Origin: an uncultured Chitinophagaceae bacterium
GTDB lineage: Bacteria; Bacteroidota; Ignavibacteria; UBA10030; UBA8401
Assembly (NCBI GenBank): GCA_964367235.1
Contig: CAYIXI010000003.1
Location: 4,560 to 68,559 of the forward strand
DNA: 64,000 nucleotides
Direction: 5' to 3'
The notes under the pieces were generated by a model that ran no database searches, was not told where the DNA came from, and was given only the letters and a program-made list of their open reading frames with translations. Positions 29,206 to 39,657 of this stretch are shown in pieces; position 1 is the stretch's first letter; the number at the start of each line of letters is the position of its first letter. The position numbers were made by a program, and so were the translations under genes.

Positions 29206-31220
29206 TATTAAAATCTGATGCGTTGAAACGAATAAATATTTTACGAGAAGAAATTCGCGAACACAATTTCAATTACTACACCCTAGCTGACCCAAAAATC
29301 TCCGATTTAGAATTTGATAAATTATTACAAGAATTAATTTCGCTCGAAAATAATTTTCCCGAATTTTTTTCTGAGGATTCACCAACTCAAAGAGTTGGCG
29401 GAGATCCAACAAAAGAATTCGCAACAGTAATTCACGATTCTCCAATGTTAAGTTTAGATAATACTTATTCGCATCAAGAACTTCGCGACTTCGACAAACG
29501 AATTAAAAAACTACTTGGAGATAATTCCTATCAATTTGTGTGCGAATTAAAAATTGATGGAGTGGCTTTAAGTTTAAAATACAAAAATGGAAAACTTCAA
29601 CTCGCAGCAACTCGAGGAAATGGAACAGAGGGAGATGAGATAACAAATAATGTTCGCACAATTCGAACTATTCCTTTAAAAGTCAGGAAATCAAATTTTA
29701 AAATAATTGATTTCGAAGTTCGTGGTGAAGCATTTATGATGAAAAAAGATTTTTCGGAAATGAACAAAGAACGAGAATCAATCGGAGAAAAATTATTTGC
29801 AAATCCGAGAAATTCAACTGCTGGCACTTTAAAACTTCAAGATCCCAAACTCGTTTCAATGCGACCTCTAAATGTTTTTTTATATTTTCTTCGCACAAAT
29901 AATTTTCAAATAAAATCGCATAGTGAATCATTAAAAATTTTAAACGATCTGAGATTTTTCGTAAATCCAAATTATAAAATTTGTAAAACAATTGATGATG
30001 TGATTGATTTTTGTTCGTTTTGGCAAAATAAAAGAGAGACACTCCCCTACGAAATTGATGGCGTAGTTGTAAAAATCGATTCGCTAAATCAGCAGGAAAT
30101 ACTTGGGCAAATCGCTAAAAGTCCGCGTTGGGCTACGGCATTTAAATTTCCTGCCAAAAAAATTTTTACAAAATTAAATGAAATCACATTACAAGTTGGG
30201 CGACTTGGCACGATTACTCCTGTGGCTGAACTCAAATCAGTGCATCTTGCTGGCTCAACGATTAGCAGAGCAACTTTGCACAACGAAGATTTTATTCGCG
30301 AGTTGGATATTCGAATTGGCGACACAATTCAAATTGAAAAAGGTGGCGATGTAATTCCAAAAGTAATTGCTGTTGATATTTCAAAACGACCAAGTGGAAC
30401 TAAAATATTTCGAATGCCAAAAGATTGCCCAGAATGCAAAAATGTAATTTATAAAAAAGAGGGCGAAGCGGCTTATTATTGCAAAAATATAAATTGTCCT
30501 GCACAAGTTAGAGGAAGGATTGAACATTTTGCGCATCGAGGAGCAATGGATATTGATGGACTTGGTGAAGCGATTGTAAGCCAATTAGTAAACGAAAAAT
30601 TAATTTCAACAATTGCAGATATTTACGATTTGAGTTTAGAAAAACTCGCACCACTTGAAAGAATGGGAATTAAGAGCGCACAAAATCTTTTAAAGGGAAT
30701 CAATGAAAGTAAATCGCGAGCTTTATGGAAATTAATTTTTGGTCTGGGAATTAGAAATGTCGGAGCGGGAGTTGCAAAACTTTTGGCAAATAATTTTGGA
30801 AGCATTGATAAATTAACAATTACAACTGTTGATGAGTTAATAAAAATAAATGGCGTTGGCCAACAGATAGCAGAAAGCATTGTAGAATATTTTCAAGATC
30901 CGCAATCCATTCATAAATCGAAAAATATTATTGTAAGATTAAAACTTGCTGGTATAAAAATGAACGAAGTTGTATCTATTAAAAATAATTTTTTACAAAA
31001 TAAAACTTTTGTTGTAACTGGTACTTTGTCGTCGATGTCGCGCGAGGAAGCCATAAAAGAAATTGAATCACTTGGCGGAAAAGTTTCTTCAAGTGTCAGT
31101 GCAAAAACAAATTTTCTGGTTGTTGGCGCAGAGCCCGGCTCGAAGATTGAAAAGGCAAATAAGTTTGGTGTAAAAATTCTCGACGAGAAAAGTTTCATTA
31201 CTTTTTTGCGAAAAGAGTAA
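29202..31220 (+). CDS. ligA: NAD-dependent DNA ligase
   Basis: ELKIDG, TRGNG, EVRGE, NPRN, DGVVVK, zinc finger, HhH repeats, BRCT. Confidence 0.98.
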   Translation: MILKSDALKRINILREEIREHNFNYYTLADPKISDLEFDKLLQELISLENNFPEFFSEDSPTQRVGGDPTKEFATVIHDSPMLSLDNTYSHQELRDFDKRIKKLLGDNSYQFVCELKIDGVALSLKYKNGKLQLAATRGNGTEGDEITNNVRTIRTIPLKVRKSNFKIIDFEVRGEAFMMKKDFSEMNKERESIGEKLFANPRNSTAGTLKLQDPKLVSMRPLNVFLYFLRTNNFQIKSHSESLKILNDLRFFVNPNYKICKTIDDVIDFCSFWQNKRETLPYEIDGVVVKIDSLNQQEILGQIAKSPRWATAFKFPAKKIFTKLNEITLQVGRLGTITPVAELKSVHLAGSTISRATLHNEDFIRELDIRIGDTIQIEKGGDVIPKVIAVDISKRPSGTKIFRMPKDCPECKNVIYKKEGEAAYYCKNINCPAQVRGRIEHFAHRGAMDIDGLGEAIVSQLVNEKLISTIADIYDLSLEKLAPLERMGIKSAQNLLKGINESKSRALWKLIFGLGIRNVGAGVAKLLANNFGSIDKLTITTVDELIKINGVGQQIAESIVEYFQDPQSIHKSKNIIVRLKLAGIKMNEVVSIKNNFLQNKTFVVTGTLSSMSREEAIKEIESLGGKVSSSVSAKTNFLVVGAEPGSKIEKANKFGVKILDEKSFITFLRKE

Positions 31221-31243
31221 TTTACTGCTACATTTATCGCAAT

Positions 31244-31780
31244 ATGTTAAAAAATATTCAAAACCAGCTTGGTTTATTTTATTCTTACTTTCAATTTCAC
31301 TCTTCAATTGAACCGATTGCTAATTTTACAAAATCATTTTCTTTTGCTAAAAACGCACTTGTTATTTTGCCCTTTATTCAAGAGGAATTTAACGCGTCCA
31401 TAAAATTTACTGGTTCATTGCATAAAAAATTTTCCAGGAGAGCTTTGACTTTTGTCTATTCGGATATTTTACCACAAAATGATATTTTTACAAATTCAAA
31501 TTTATTTCAATTGACAAAAGATAAAATAAATTTTTTACAGTTAACAAAACCTGCATCAATTTCAAATTTATTACATGAAAAGTTTGATGTTGTAATTGAT
31601 TTAAATCGAACTTTGGTTTTACCTGCGGCTTATTTAACCAGATTATCGCATGCTGATTTTAAAATAAGTTTTTCAAAAAAACATGGCGACTTATTTTATA
31701 ATTTTCAATTTAATGTTGCAAATACTTTGCCACTTGATATTCAATATCAAAATTTCTTTAACACTATCTCAATGTTCTAA
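31244..31780 (+). CDS. Hypothetical protein resembling an isolated GT9-like Rossmann half (DUF6913-like)
   Basis: FDVVIDLN...ADFKISF...FYNFQF motif; tightly linked to neighbouring genes. Confidence 0.6.
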   Translation: MLKNIQNQLGLFYSYFQFHSSIEPIANFTKSFSFAKNALVILPFIQEEFNASIKFTGSLHKKFSRRALTFVYSDILPQNDIFTNSNLFQLTKDKINFLQLTKPASISNLLHEKFDVVIDLNRTLVLPAAYLTRLSHADFKISFSKKHGDLFYNFQFNVANTLPLDIQYQNFFNTISMF

Positions 31781-33243
31781 TGGGTTTCTCAACTATTGAT
31801 TATATAATTGTCCTACTTTATTTAGTAGGTGTAACTTTTGCAGGATTTTACATCGGCAGAAAACAAAATACTTCGCGCGATTATTTTCTCGGCGGAAAAG
31901 AACTTAATTGGTGGCTTGTCGGATTTTCAATTGTTGCGAGCGAAACAAGTACACTTACTTTTATCAGCATCCCAGGGCTTGCTTACAAAAGCGATTTGCA
32001 TTTTTTACAACTTGTCTTCGGATATTTTATTGGAAGACTTTTGGTGAGCATATTATTTATCCCAGCTTATTATAGTGGAAATTTGGATACTGCTTACGAT
32101 TTTCTCGGCAAAAGATTTGGAACTTCTCTTCGCAAATTTACTTCGTCAGTTTTTATCGTAACAAGAGTTTTGGCAAGTGGCGTTAGACTTTTTGCAACTG
32201 CAATTCCTGTTCATTTAATTACTGGGCTCGATTACACTCAAAGTATTTTTATTATCGGAATTTTTACTTTGATTTATACTTACATCGGTGGATTAAAAGC
32301 AGTTGTTTCGATGGATGTTGTGCAAATGAGTATTTATCTTTTAGGCGCAATTGCATCGATGTATATTATTTTAGATAAACTACCAAACGGTTGGAATGAT
32401 GTTTTATCATTTGCAAAATTAAATAGTTTAAATAAATTTGAAATTTTTAATCCTAACTTTGGAAATTCTTTTTGGGAATTCATCTCAACTCCTTACACAA
32501 TAATTGGAGGAATTCTTGGCGGAACTTTTTTAACAATGGCTTCGCACGGAACCGATCAATTACTTGTGCAAAGACTTTTAGGATGTAAAACAAAATGGGA
32601 TTCGCAACGCGCCTTGATGCTCGATGCAAGTTTTATCGTTTTACAATTTGCATTTTTCCTTATTTTAGGCCTTTGTTTATTCGCTTTTTATGGTGGAGTT
32701 CCTTTTTCCGAGTTAGGTTTAAAATCGTCCGATGAAATTTTTCCAAAATTTATTGTTGAAAATCTTCCAACCGGAATTTCTGGTTTGGTAATTGCTGGAG
32801 TGCTTGCATCGGCGATGGGAACACTTTCATCCGCAATTAGTTCGCTCGCCTCTTCAACTTATTTGGATTTATTTAAAACGAGTTCGTACGGAAAAAATAT
32901 AAGTGATAAAAAAGAAATCTTTTGGTCAAAATTTTTTACACTCGTTTGGGGATTTGTTCTTATCGGCGGCGCAATGCTTTTTACAGATACAAAAAATCCC
33001 GTTGTTGAAATTGGATTAAAGATTGCTTCATTCACTTATGGTGGATTGTTGGGGACATTTTTTCTTGGGCTATTTTTTAAAAATACAAACGAGCGTGATG
33101 CATTTATTGGATTTATATTTGGAATTGTTGGAATGTCTCTTATAATTTACTTTACAAAAATTGATTACACTTGGCACACATTTATCGGAACAAGTATTAC
33201 TTTAATAATCGGCAACTTATCATCACTAATATTTAGGAAATAA
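31780..33243 (+). CDS. Sodium:solute symporter family protein
   Basis: DYFLGG, SIVASETSTLTFISIPG, GTDQLLVQRLL, ASAMGTLSSAISS; about 13 TM helices. Confidence 0.93.
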   Translation: MGFSTIDYIIVLLYLVGVTFAGFYIGRKQNTSRDYFLGGKELNWWLVGFSIVASETSTLTFISIPGLAYKSDLHFLQLVFGYFIGRLLVSILFIPAYYSGNLDTAYDFLGKRFGTSLRKFTSSVFIVTRVLASGVRLFATAIPVHLITGLDYTQSIFIIGIFTLIYTYIGGLKAVVSMDVVQMSIYLLGAIASMYIILDKLPNGWNDVLSFAKLNSLNKFEIFNPNFGNSFWEFISTPYTIIGGILGGTFLTMASHGTDQLLVQRLLGCKTKWDSQRALMLDASFIVLQFAFFLILGLCLFAFYGGVPFSELGLKSSDEIFPKFIVENLPTGISGLVIAGVLASAMGTLSSAISSLASSTYLDLFKTSSYGKNISDKKEIFWSKFFTLVWGFVLIGGAMLFTDTKNPVVEIGLKIASFTYGGLLGTFFLGLFFKNTNERDAFIGFIFGIVGMSLIIYFTKIDYTWHTFIGTSITLIIGNLSSLIFRK

Positions 33244-33244
33244 A

Positions 33245-35743
33245 ATGGCAGAAAAATTAAAATCAAAAATTAATAACGAAAGTTTTATATCAGAAAAGTT
33301 TCAACACCCTGCGGCAATCCTCGTTATATTTTTATCGCTTATATTTTTTTTTAACGAAGTAGTTTTTGATGGAAGAGTTTTTATTTCTGGTGACTCGATG
33401 GCTTCAAAAAGTTTTGAGACTTTAGCAAACGATGCGAAAGATCAAAATATTTTTCCACTTTGGAACCCATATATTTTTTGCGGAATGCCCGGATACGCAA
33501 GTTTAACAATTAGTGGCGAAAGAACTTTTGACATCTCAGCTTACATTTTTGGTAAAACTTCTCACTGGTTTGGTTATTTAATGAATAACCCTGATTTGGG
33601 TTGGCAATTATTTTATTATTTTCTTTTTGGAATTGGGGTTTACTCGCTTGTTTTTTATAAATTGCAAAATAAACTTGCGGCGCTATTATCTTCGCTTGGC
33701 GTTTTACATTCCACATTTGTAATAATTTTAATTACTGTCGGGCACATGACAAAAATCCCGGTTATTGCTTTCTTCCCTTTTATACTTTTAATTTTAGAAA
33801 AACTCCGAATAAAATTTAATTTTGTTTTATCACTAATTTTAGTTTTGCTAATTCACTTTATGTATTTACCAGGTCACTTGCAAATGATTTTTTATGTTTA
33901 CTTTGCAATCGGAATTTATTTCCTTTTTTATTTAATTCTCTCGGCATTCAAAAAAGAAATATTAACTGGCGTGTTTCGTGCTGGTTTAATTTTTTCTCTC
34001 GCTACGGGAATTTCTTTTGCGATGACGAGCGACCAATATCTTTCAATTTTGGAATATTCAAAATACTCAATTCGTGGAAGCGGCTCAATCGCCCTGCAAA
34101 ATCAAGCTGATAATGCGTCCCAAACATCAACCCAAAGTGGCGGACTTGATTACGATTACGCTACAAGTTGGTCTTTCGACCCGACTGAGGTTTTGAGTTT
34201 TGTTGTGCCATCAATTTATGGTTTTGGTAATCACACTTACAAAGGGGCGCTTTCGCAAAATCAATCGATGCGACTAAATACTTATTTTGGTCCGCAGCCA
34301 TTTACCGATGCGCCTCAATATATGGGAATTGCAATTTTGATTTTAGCGGCAATTGGTATTTGGCAAAATAGAAAAAATAGTTTTGTGCAATATTCAGTGA
34401 TTTTAATTTTGATTTCGCTTTTAATTTCGTTTGGCAGAAATTCTATTTTTTATGATGCGATGTTTAATTACTTCCCATATTTTAACAAATTTAGAATCCC
34501 TTCGATGATTTTGATTTTAATCCAAATTATGATGCCGATACTTGCCGGTTATGGATTTAAATCTATTTTAGAAAATGATTTTGATGAGAAATGTAAAAAA
34601 AGATTTATGCAATTTTTTATTGCTTCGGCAATTTTGTTTTTTATCTCTTTTGTTGGGAAAGAAATTGTCATTTCCATTTATCAAACATTTTTTACCACAC
34701 AAGATCTTTTAACAAAATTTCAAGGGGCTGACCAAAATACAATTCAGGCTTTTTACACTATAATATCCGAAATGGTTGCAACTGATGTGTTGGTTGCATT
34801 TTTGATTTCAACTTTTATTTTTGGCGGAATTTATTTTTATTTGAAAAATAATTTAAAGCAAACGCTTTTTACAATTATTATAATTGGAACTCTGATTTTA
34901 GATTTATGGCGAATCAATTACAAACCCTACGAAACTCATCCAAAACGAATTGCGCAACAAAATTTTTCAACTCCTCAATTTGTATCATTCCTAAAACAAG
35001 ATACAACTTTATATCGAACTCTTGAATTTGAAAAAGGTCAACCTCCGTACAATAATTCTTTGGCTTACTGGCGAATACAAAGCGCGTATGGTTATCAAGG
35101 TGCAAAGATGAGACAGATTCAAGATATGTATGATGTTGTTGGAATTGGAAATCCTTTAATGTGGAGTTTGATGAATGTAAAATATATTATTTCGGATAAG
35201 CCAGACTCAAATCAATTTTTGCAAGTAATTCATCAAAGTGAAAAATTTATTTCTTTCAATCGAACAGCTTTACCAAGAGCATTTTTTGTAAATAGTTACA
35301 AAGTAAAAAGTGGAATTGAGATTTTAAATTCAATCAGAGATTTAAGTTTCAATCCAATTGATGTTGCATTTTTTATGGAAGAGCCAAATTTAAAAATTGA
35401 GCCTGCCACAATTGAAAATGAAGCAGATTTTACTAAATACGGAATTCAAGATTTTGAAATTAAAGTTAAGGCAAGCGGAAATAACCTTTTATTTATTAGC
35501 GAAACTTGGTATCCGAAAGGTTGGAAAGCGTATTTAGATGAAAATGAAATTCCAATTCACAGACTCAATTATATGTTTCGCGGTGTGGTTATTTCTAAAG
35601 GTGAACATATTTTAAAAATGAAATTTGAACCAGAGAATTTTTATTTGGGAAAAAATCTCAGTTTGTGGATTAACATAATAATAATTTTATTATTTGGATA
35701 TTTTATTGCAAATTATTTTTTAAAGAAAAATAAATCGGTTTGA
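33245..35743 (+). CDS. YfhO-like GT-C fold membrane glycosyltransferase
   Basis: LWNPYIFCGMP, GHLQM, SIRG, SWS, KFRIP, LPRAFFV, ETWYPKGWKAY, NYMFRG; many TM segments. Confidence 0.85.
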   Translation: MAEKLKSKINNESFISEKFQHPAAILVIFLSLIFFFNEVVFDGRVFISGDSMASKSFETLANDAKDQNIFPLWNPYIFCGMPGYASLTISGERTFDISAYIFGKTSHWFGYLMNNPDLGWQLFYYFLFGIGVYSLVFYKLQNKLAALLSSLGVLHSTFVIILITVGHMTKIPVIAFFPFILLILEKLRIKFNFVLSLILVLLIHFMYLPGHLQMIFYVYFAIGIYFLFYLILSAFKKEILTGVFRAGLIFSLATGISFAMTSDQYLSILEYSKYSIRGSGSIALQNQADNASQTSTQSGGLDYDYATSWSFDPTEVLSFVVPSIYGFGNHTYKGALSQNQSMRLNTYFGPQPFTDAPQYMGIAILILAAIGIWQNRKNSFVQYSVILILISLLISFGRNSIFYDAMFNYFPYFNKFRIPSMILILIQIMMPILAGYGFKSILENDFDEKCKKRFMQFFIASAILFFISFVGKEIVISIYQTFFTTQDLLTKFQGADQNTIQAFYTIISEMVATDVLVAFLISTFIFGGIYFYLKNNLKQTLFTIIIIGTLILDLWRINYKPYETHPKRIAQQNFSTPQFVSFLKQDTTLYRTLEFEKGQPPYNNSLAYWRIQSAYGYQGAKMRQIQDMYDVVGIGNPLMWSLMNVKYIISDKPDSNQFLQVIHQSEKFISFNRTALPRAFFVNSYKVKSGIEILNSIRDLSFNPIDVAFFMEEPNLKIEPATIENEADFTKYGIQDFEIKVKASGNNLLFISETWYPKGWKAYLDENEIPIHRLNYMFRGVVISKGEHILKMKFEPENFYLGKNLSLWINIIIILLFGYFIANYFLKKNKSV

Positions 35744-37059
35744 ATAATCTTAAAAATATTTTAAAAAATACTACTCCGACTTTTAGAAATGCAATGTCAA
35801 ATTTGACTTGGCTTTCTTTCGATAGAGTCGTTAGAACTATTGGCGCAGTTTTTGTAAATGTTATTATTACTCGCTACCTCGGACCAGAGAATTTTGGAAT
35901 ATTAAATTACGCAATTGCGTTTGCTGGAATATTTACACCAATTATTGGACTTGGGCTAAATGCAATTGTCATTCGCGATATTGTTAGAAATGTAGAAAAT
36001 AAAGATGAGATACTTGGAACTGCATTTGTTTTGAGAAAATATGGTGGAGTCGTTGCGATTATATTTTCAGCGATTGGAATATTTTTAATCAAGCCTGATG
36101 ATTATAGAATGCAAATTCTTGTAATCATCACTTCGATTGGTTTAGCGTTTCAAGCATTTGAGGTAATTGATTTTTGGTTTCAATCACAAGTCCAATCAAA
36201 ATATACAGTTATTGCAAAAAATTTAGCATTTTTTATTATCGCAATTTTTAAAATTATTTTTGTATTGCTTAATGCGGATATTTTAGTTTTTATTATTTTA
36301 GGTTCAATTGAATTTGTAGTTGCGGCACTCGCACTTATTTACATGTATAAAAAATCGGGTAATACAATTCGTAAATGGAAATATTCCTCCGAACAAGCAA
36401 AATATTTTTTAGCAAGTTGCTGGCCAATAATAATATCTGACATTGCAGTTTTCGCTCAAATCAGAATTGATCAAATTATGATTGGGCATTTTTTATCAAA
36501 TAAAGAACTTGGATTTTATGCCGCCGCGCAAAGACTTTCCGAGCCACTTGGTTTTATCCCGATGATAATTTTAACTTCCGTCTATCCTGTTTTTTTAAAA
36601 ATAAAAGAAAAAAGTGAAAAGGAGTTTTATGAACGACTTACAAATTTATATCGGCTTATGTTTATTTTAACAATTTTAATTTGTTTGCCAATCTCATTTT
36701 TTAGTGAGGCAATTGTAAATTTACTTTACGGAAAAGAATTTCTATTTTCTGCTTCGATACTTTCCCTTTTAATTTGGACACGATTTTACGCTTTTTACGG
36801 TGTCGCGCGAAGTATCGTAATTTCTGCCGATAATCTTTTTACGCATACACTAATTAGTTCGAGTTGTGGAGTAACTGTAAATTTAATTTCTAATTATTTT
36901 TTAATTCCAAAAATTGGAATTGTTGGCGCAATTATTTCAACTCACTTAAGTTTTATTGTAACAATTTTTTTATTTGATGCATTTGCAAAAAAGACTCAGA
37001 CAAATTTCAAAGCAATGATTTATGCAATGTTGACATTTTATAAATTTAAACTAAAATAA
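35740..37059 (+). CDS. wzx: Wzx-type polysaccharide flippase
   Basis: RYLGPENFG, RIDQIMIG, LGFYAAA, LIPKIGIVGA; TTG start overlaps the upstream TGA. Confidence 0.9.
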   Translation: MNNLKNILKNTTPTFRNAMSNLTWLSFDRVVRTIGAVFVNVIITRYLGPENFGILNYAIAFAGIFTPIIGLGLNAIVIRDIVRNVENKDEILGTAFVLRKYGGVVAIIFSAIGIFLIKPDDYRMQILVIITSIGLAFQAFEVIDFWFQSQVQSKYTVIAKNLAFFIIAIFKIIFVLLNADILVFIILGSIEFVVAALALIYMYKKSGNTIRKWKYSSEQAKYFLASCWPIIISDIAVFAQIRIDQIMIGHFLSNKELGFYAAAQRLSEPLGFIPMIILTSVYPVFLKIKEKSEKEFYERLTNLYRLMFILTILICLPISFFSEAIVNLLYGKEFLFSASILSLLIWTRFYAFYGVARSIVISADNLFTHTLISSSCGVTVNLISNYFLIPKIGIVGAIISTHLSFIVTIFLFDAFAKKTQTNFKAMIYAMLTFYKFKLK

Positions 37060-37063
37060 TAAT

Positions 37064-37783
37064 TTGGGTTACTGGAAAAATATATTGCCAAATAATATTT
37101 GGAAGCCACTTGAAAATATCCGAAGGGATTATTTCCCAAACAGAATGAAATCTTATTCTGGCGAAGGAGAGGATTTAATTCTTGCAAAATTATTTGATGG
37201 CAAAAAGAACGGATTTTATATTGATGTTGGTTGCTATCACCCGAAAATAAATTCAAATACTTATTATTTTTACAGAAAAGGTTGGAGTGGTATTAATATT
37301 GACGCTAACCCAGAAAGTATTTTAAAATTTAATAGATTTCGGAAACGAGATAAAAATATAAACGCAGGAATAAGTCAATCGCAAAATTGTTTGACATATT
37401 ATCAATTTAGTGAATCTGCAGTAAATACATTTTCAAAAGAATTGTGCGATGAAAGAAAGAAAATATCTTGGTTAAAATTTATTGGCACAACAGAAATTAA
37501 AACTATATCGCTTGCTGAGGTTTTAAAAAAACAGAATATAAATACAGAAATAGATTTTTTTGATATTGATGTTGAAGGATTAGATTTAGAGGTTTTAAAA
37601 TCAAACGATTGGGATTTGTTTAAACCAAATGTTATTTTAGTCGAAGATCAAAATACCGAAGCTAAATCGTTTGAGGAATTAGAAATTTTTAAATATTTAT
37701 CACAAGTCAATTATAAATTAGTATCAAAAACATTCAGCACTTTAATCTTTGCACATAATAATTTTTTAAATAAAGTAAAATGA
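37064..37783 (+). CDS. FkbM family methyltransferase
   Basis: FYIDVGCYHP, WSGINID, IDVEGLDLEVL. Confidence 0.9.
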   Translation: MGYWKNILPNNIWKPLENIRRDYFPNRMKSYSGEGEDLILAKLFDGKKNGFYIDVGCYHPKINSNTYYFYRKGWSGINIDANPESILKFNRFRKRDKNINAGISQSQNCLTYYQFSESAVNTFSKELCDERKKISWLKFIGTTEIKTISLAEVLKKQNINTEIDFFDIDVEGLDLEVLKSNDWDLFKPNVILVEDQNTEAKSFEELEIFKYLSQVNYKLVSKTFSTLIFAHNNFLNKVK

Positions 37784-38430
37784 AAATAATAAAAAGTATC
37801 GTTTGGAAATTACTAAACACATTTAAGTTAGATGCAATAGTTGAACTCGCATTAAAAGTAAATTTTTTAAATCAAAAAGGTTGGTTTAAAAGTTACAATT
37901 TAAAACAATCAATCGATAAAAATGGCAATCCAATCCCATGGTGTACATATTCGTTTATTTCATTTATCGAAAATCGCTTATCAAAAAAAATGGATATTTT
38001 CGAATTTGGTTGTGGCAACTCAACAAAGTGGTTTGCAAAAAAAGTTAAATCAATAAAATCTGTCGAGCACGATAAAATTTGGTTCGAAAAAATAAAAAAT
38101 CAAATTCCTACAAATGCAGTTATCATCTATAAAGAGTTGATTTATAAAGGTGATTATTCAAAGGAAGTTCTAACGGAAAAGAAAAAATATCATCTTATTT
38201 TTATTGATGGCCGAGATAGAAATAATTCGGTTTACAATTCGGTGAAAAAATTGACTCTTGATGGAGTGATTGTTTTTGATAATTCTCAATTGACCGAATA
38301 CGATGAGGCGCTAAATTTTCTACAAAAAAATAATTTTAAGCGATTAGATTTTTGGGGGCAAATACCAATCGCGGCGCATGAAAATTGCACGACAATTTTT
38401 TATAAAACCAAAAATTGTTTGGGAATTTAA
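37780..38430 (+). CDS. Class I SAM-dependent methyltransferase
   Basis: IFEFGCGNST, SVEHDKIW, IFIDGRDR, VFDNS. Confidence 0.85.
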   Translation: MKIIKSIVWKLLNTFKLDAIVELALKVNFLNQKGWFKSYNLKQSIDKNGNPIPWCTYSFISFIENRLSKKMDIFEFGCGNSTKWFAKKVKSIKSVEHDKIWFEKIKNQIPTNAVIIYKELIYKGDYSKEVLTEKKKYHLIFIDGRDRNNSVYNSVKKLTLDGVIVFDNSQLTEYDEALNFLQKNNFKRLDFWGQIPIAAHENCTTIFYKTKNCLGI

Positions 38431-39651
38431 ATGAAAGTTATTTTTACTTTTGGCGGACTTGCTCATTATTATAATCCTATTTTAAATCGATTAAATAAAA
38501 TAAATGATATTGATTTGCATGTTTTGATTCCTGCCACAAAAAGTTCTTCAATTGGTGCTGGAGTTTTCGAGAAGACAGATAATGTTGAGTTTACTCTTCA
38601 TCGCCTTGAAGAGAATAAAAGATTTTACGGAAAGAATTTTTTTCGTGGATTTATTCCATTTTTAGAAAGAGAAAAACCTGATGTTGTTGTAACGACTTGG
38701 CCTTATATTTTCGAGTTTGCATTTAATCCATTTCTCCGAGATTATTTTAGACGAAACAAAATAAAACTTATTGTTAAAGATATTCCATTTCAACTTCCAA
38801 GATTTAATAATATTTATAAATTTTATTGGAATGAAAATTTATACTCCGAAGAAAAAGGTGGATTGTATAAACCAACTATTTCTGGATTTTTTCGTTTCAT
38901 AATTTATACATTCATTAGAAAAAGAGTTTATACTTTTGCTGATGCCCATGTTGATTACCTTGAAGAAGCAAAAGATATTTTACCAAGTTACGGGGTGGAT
39001 AAAAATAAGATTTTTATTATTTACAATTCAATTGATACAAATAAATATTTTGAGATAAATAAAGAGGTGCAATTATTGCCCAATATTTTACCTGAAAATA
39101 AATTCAGAATAATTCATATTGGAAGACTTGTAAATTGGAAAAGGGTCGACTTAATTATTAAAGCTGTTTCAATAATTAAAAATGATTTGCCTGAAATTGA
39201 ACTTATCGTTATCGGCGATGGTCCACAAAAAGATGAATTGGTCCAGTTAGCAAAATCATTAAATGTCCAAAATAATATTAATTTCATCGGTGGAGTTTAT
39301 GACCCCAAAACAATTGGTCAATATTTAAAATCATCTTCAATTTATGTTTTGGCCGGAATGGGTGGTTTATCAATTAACGAAGCGATGAGCTTTGGCAAGT
39401 CGATTGTTTGTTCAGTTTGTGACGGCACAGAAAAAATATTAGTGCGTGATGGATTTAATGGAAAATATTTTAAAGCAGAAGATGAAATCGATTTAGCTGA
39501 AAAGCTAAATAATCTTCTATCAAATAATGAGTTGATTCAAGAAATGGGTCGCAATTCGCTTGAAATAATAAATAACGAAATCAATATTGATATTGTAATT
39601 AAAGGATATTTGGAGGCTTTTTCATTTGTTACGAATAAAAATTATACTTAA
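38431..39651 (+). CDS. Glycosyltransferase family 4
   Basis: IGRLVNWKRVD, IGDGP, GGLSINEAMSFG, DGFNG. Confidence 0.9.
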   Translation: MKVIFTFGGLAHYYNPILNRLNKINDIDLHVLIPATKSSSIGAGVFEKTDNVEFTLHRLEENKRFYGKNFFRGFIPFLEREKPDVVVTTWPYIFEFAFNPFLRDYFRRNKIKLIVKDIPFQLPRFNNIYKFYWNENLYSEEKGGLYKPTISGFFRFIIYTFIRKRVYTFADAHVDYLEEAKDILPSYGVDKNKIFIIYNSIDTNKYFEINKEVQLLPNILPENKFRIIHIGRLVNWKRVDLIIKAVSIIKNDLPEIELIVIGDGPQKDELVQLAKSLNVQNNINFIGGVYDPKTIGQYLKSSSIYVLAGMGGLSINEAMSFGKSIVCSVCDGTEKILVRDGFNGKYFKAEDEIDLAEKLNNLLSNNELIQEMGRNSLEIINNEINIDIVIKGYLEAFSFVTNKNYT

Positions 39652-39657
39652 TAAATT

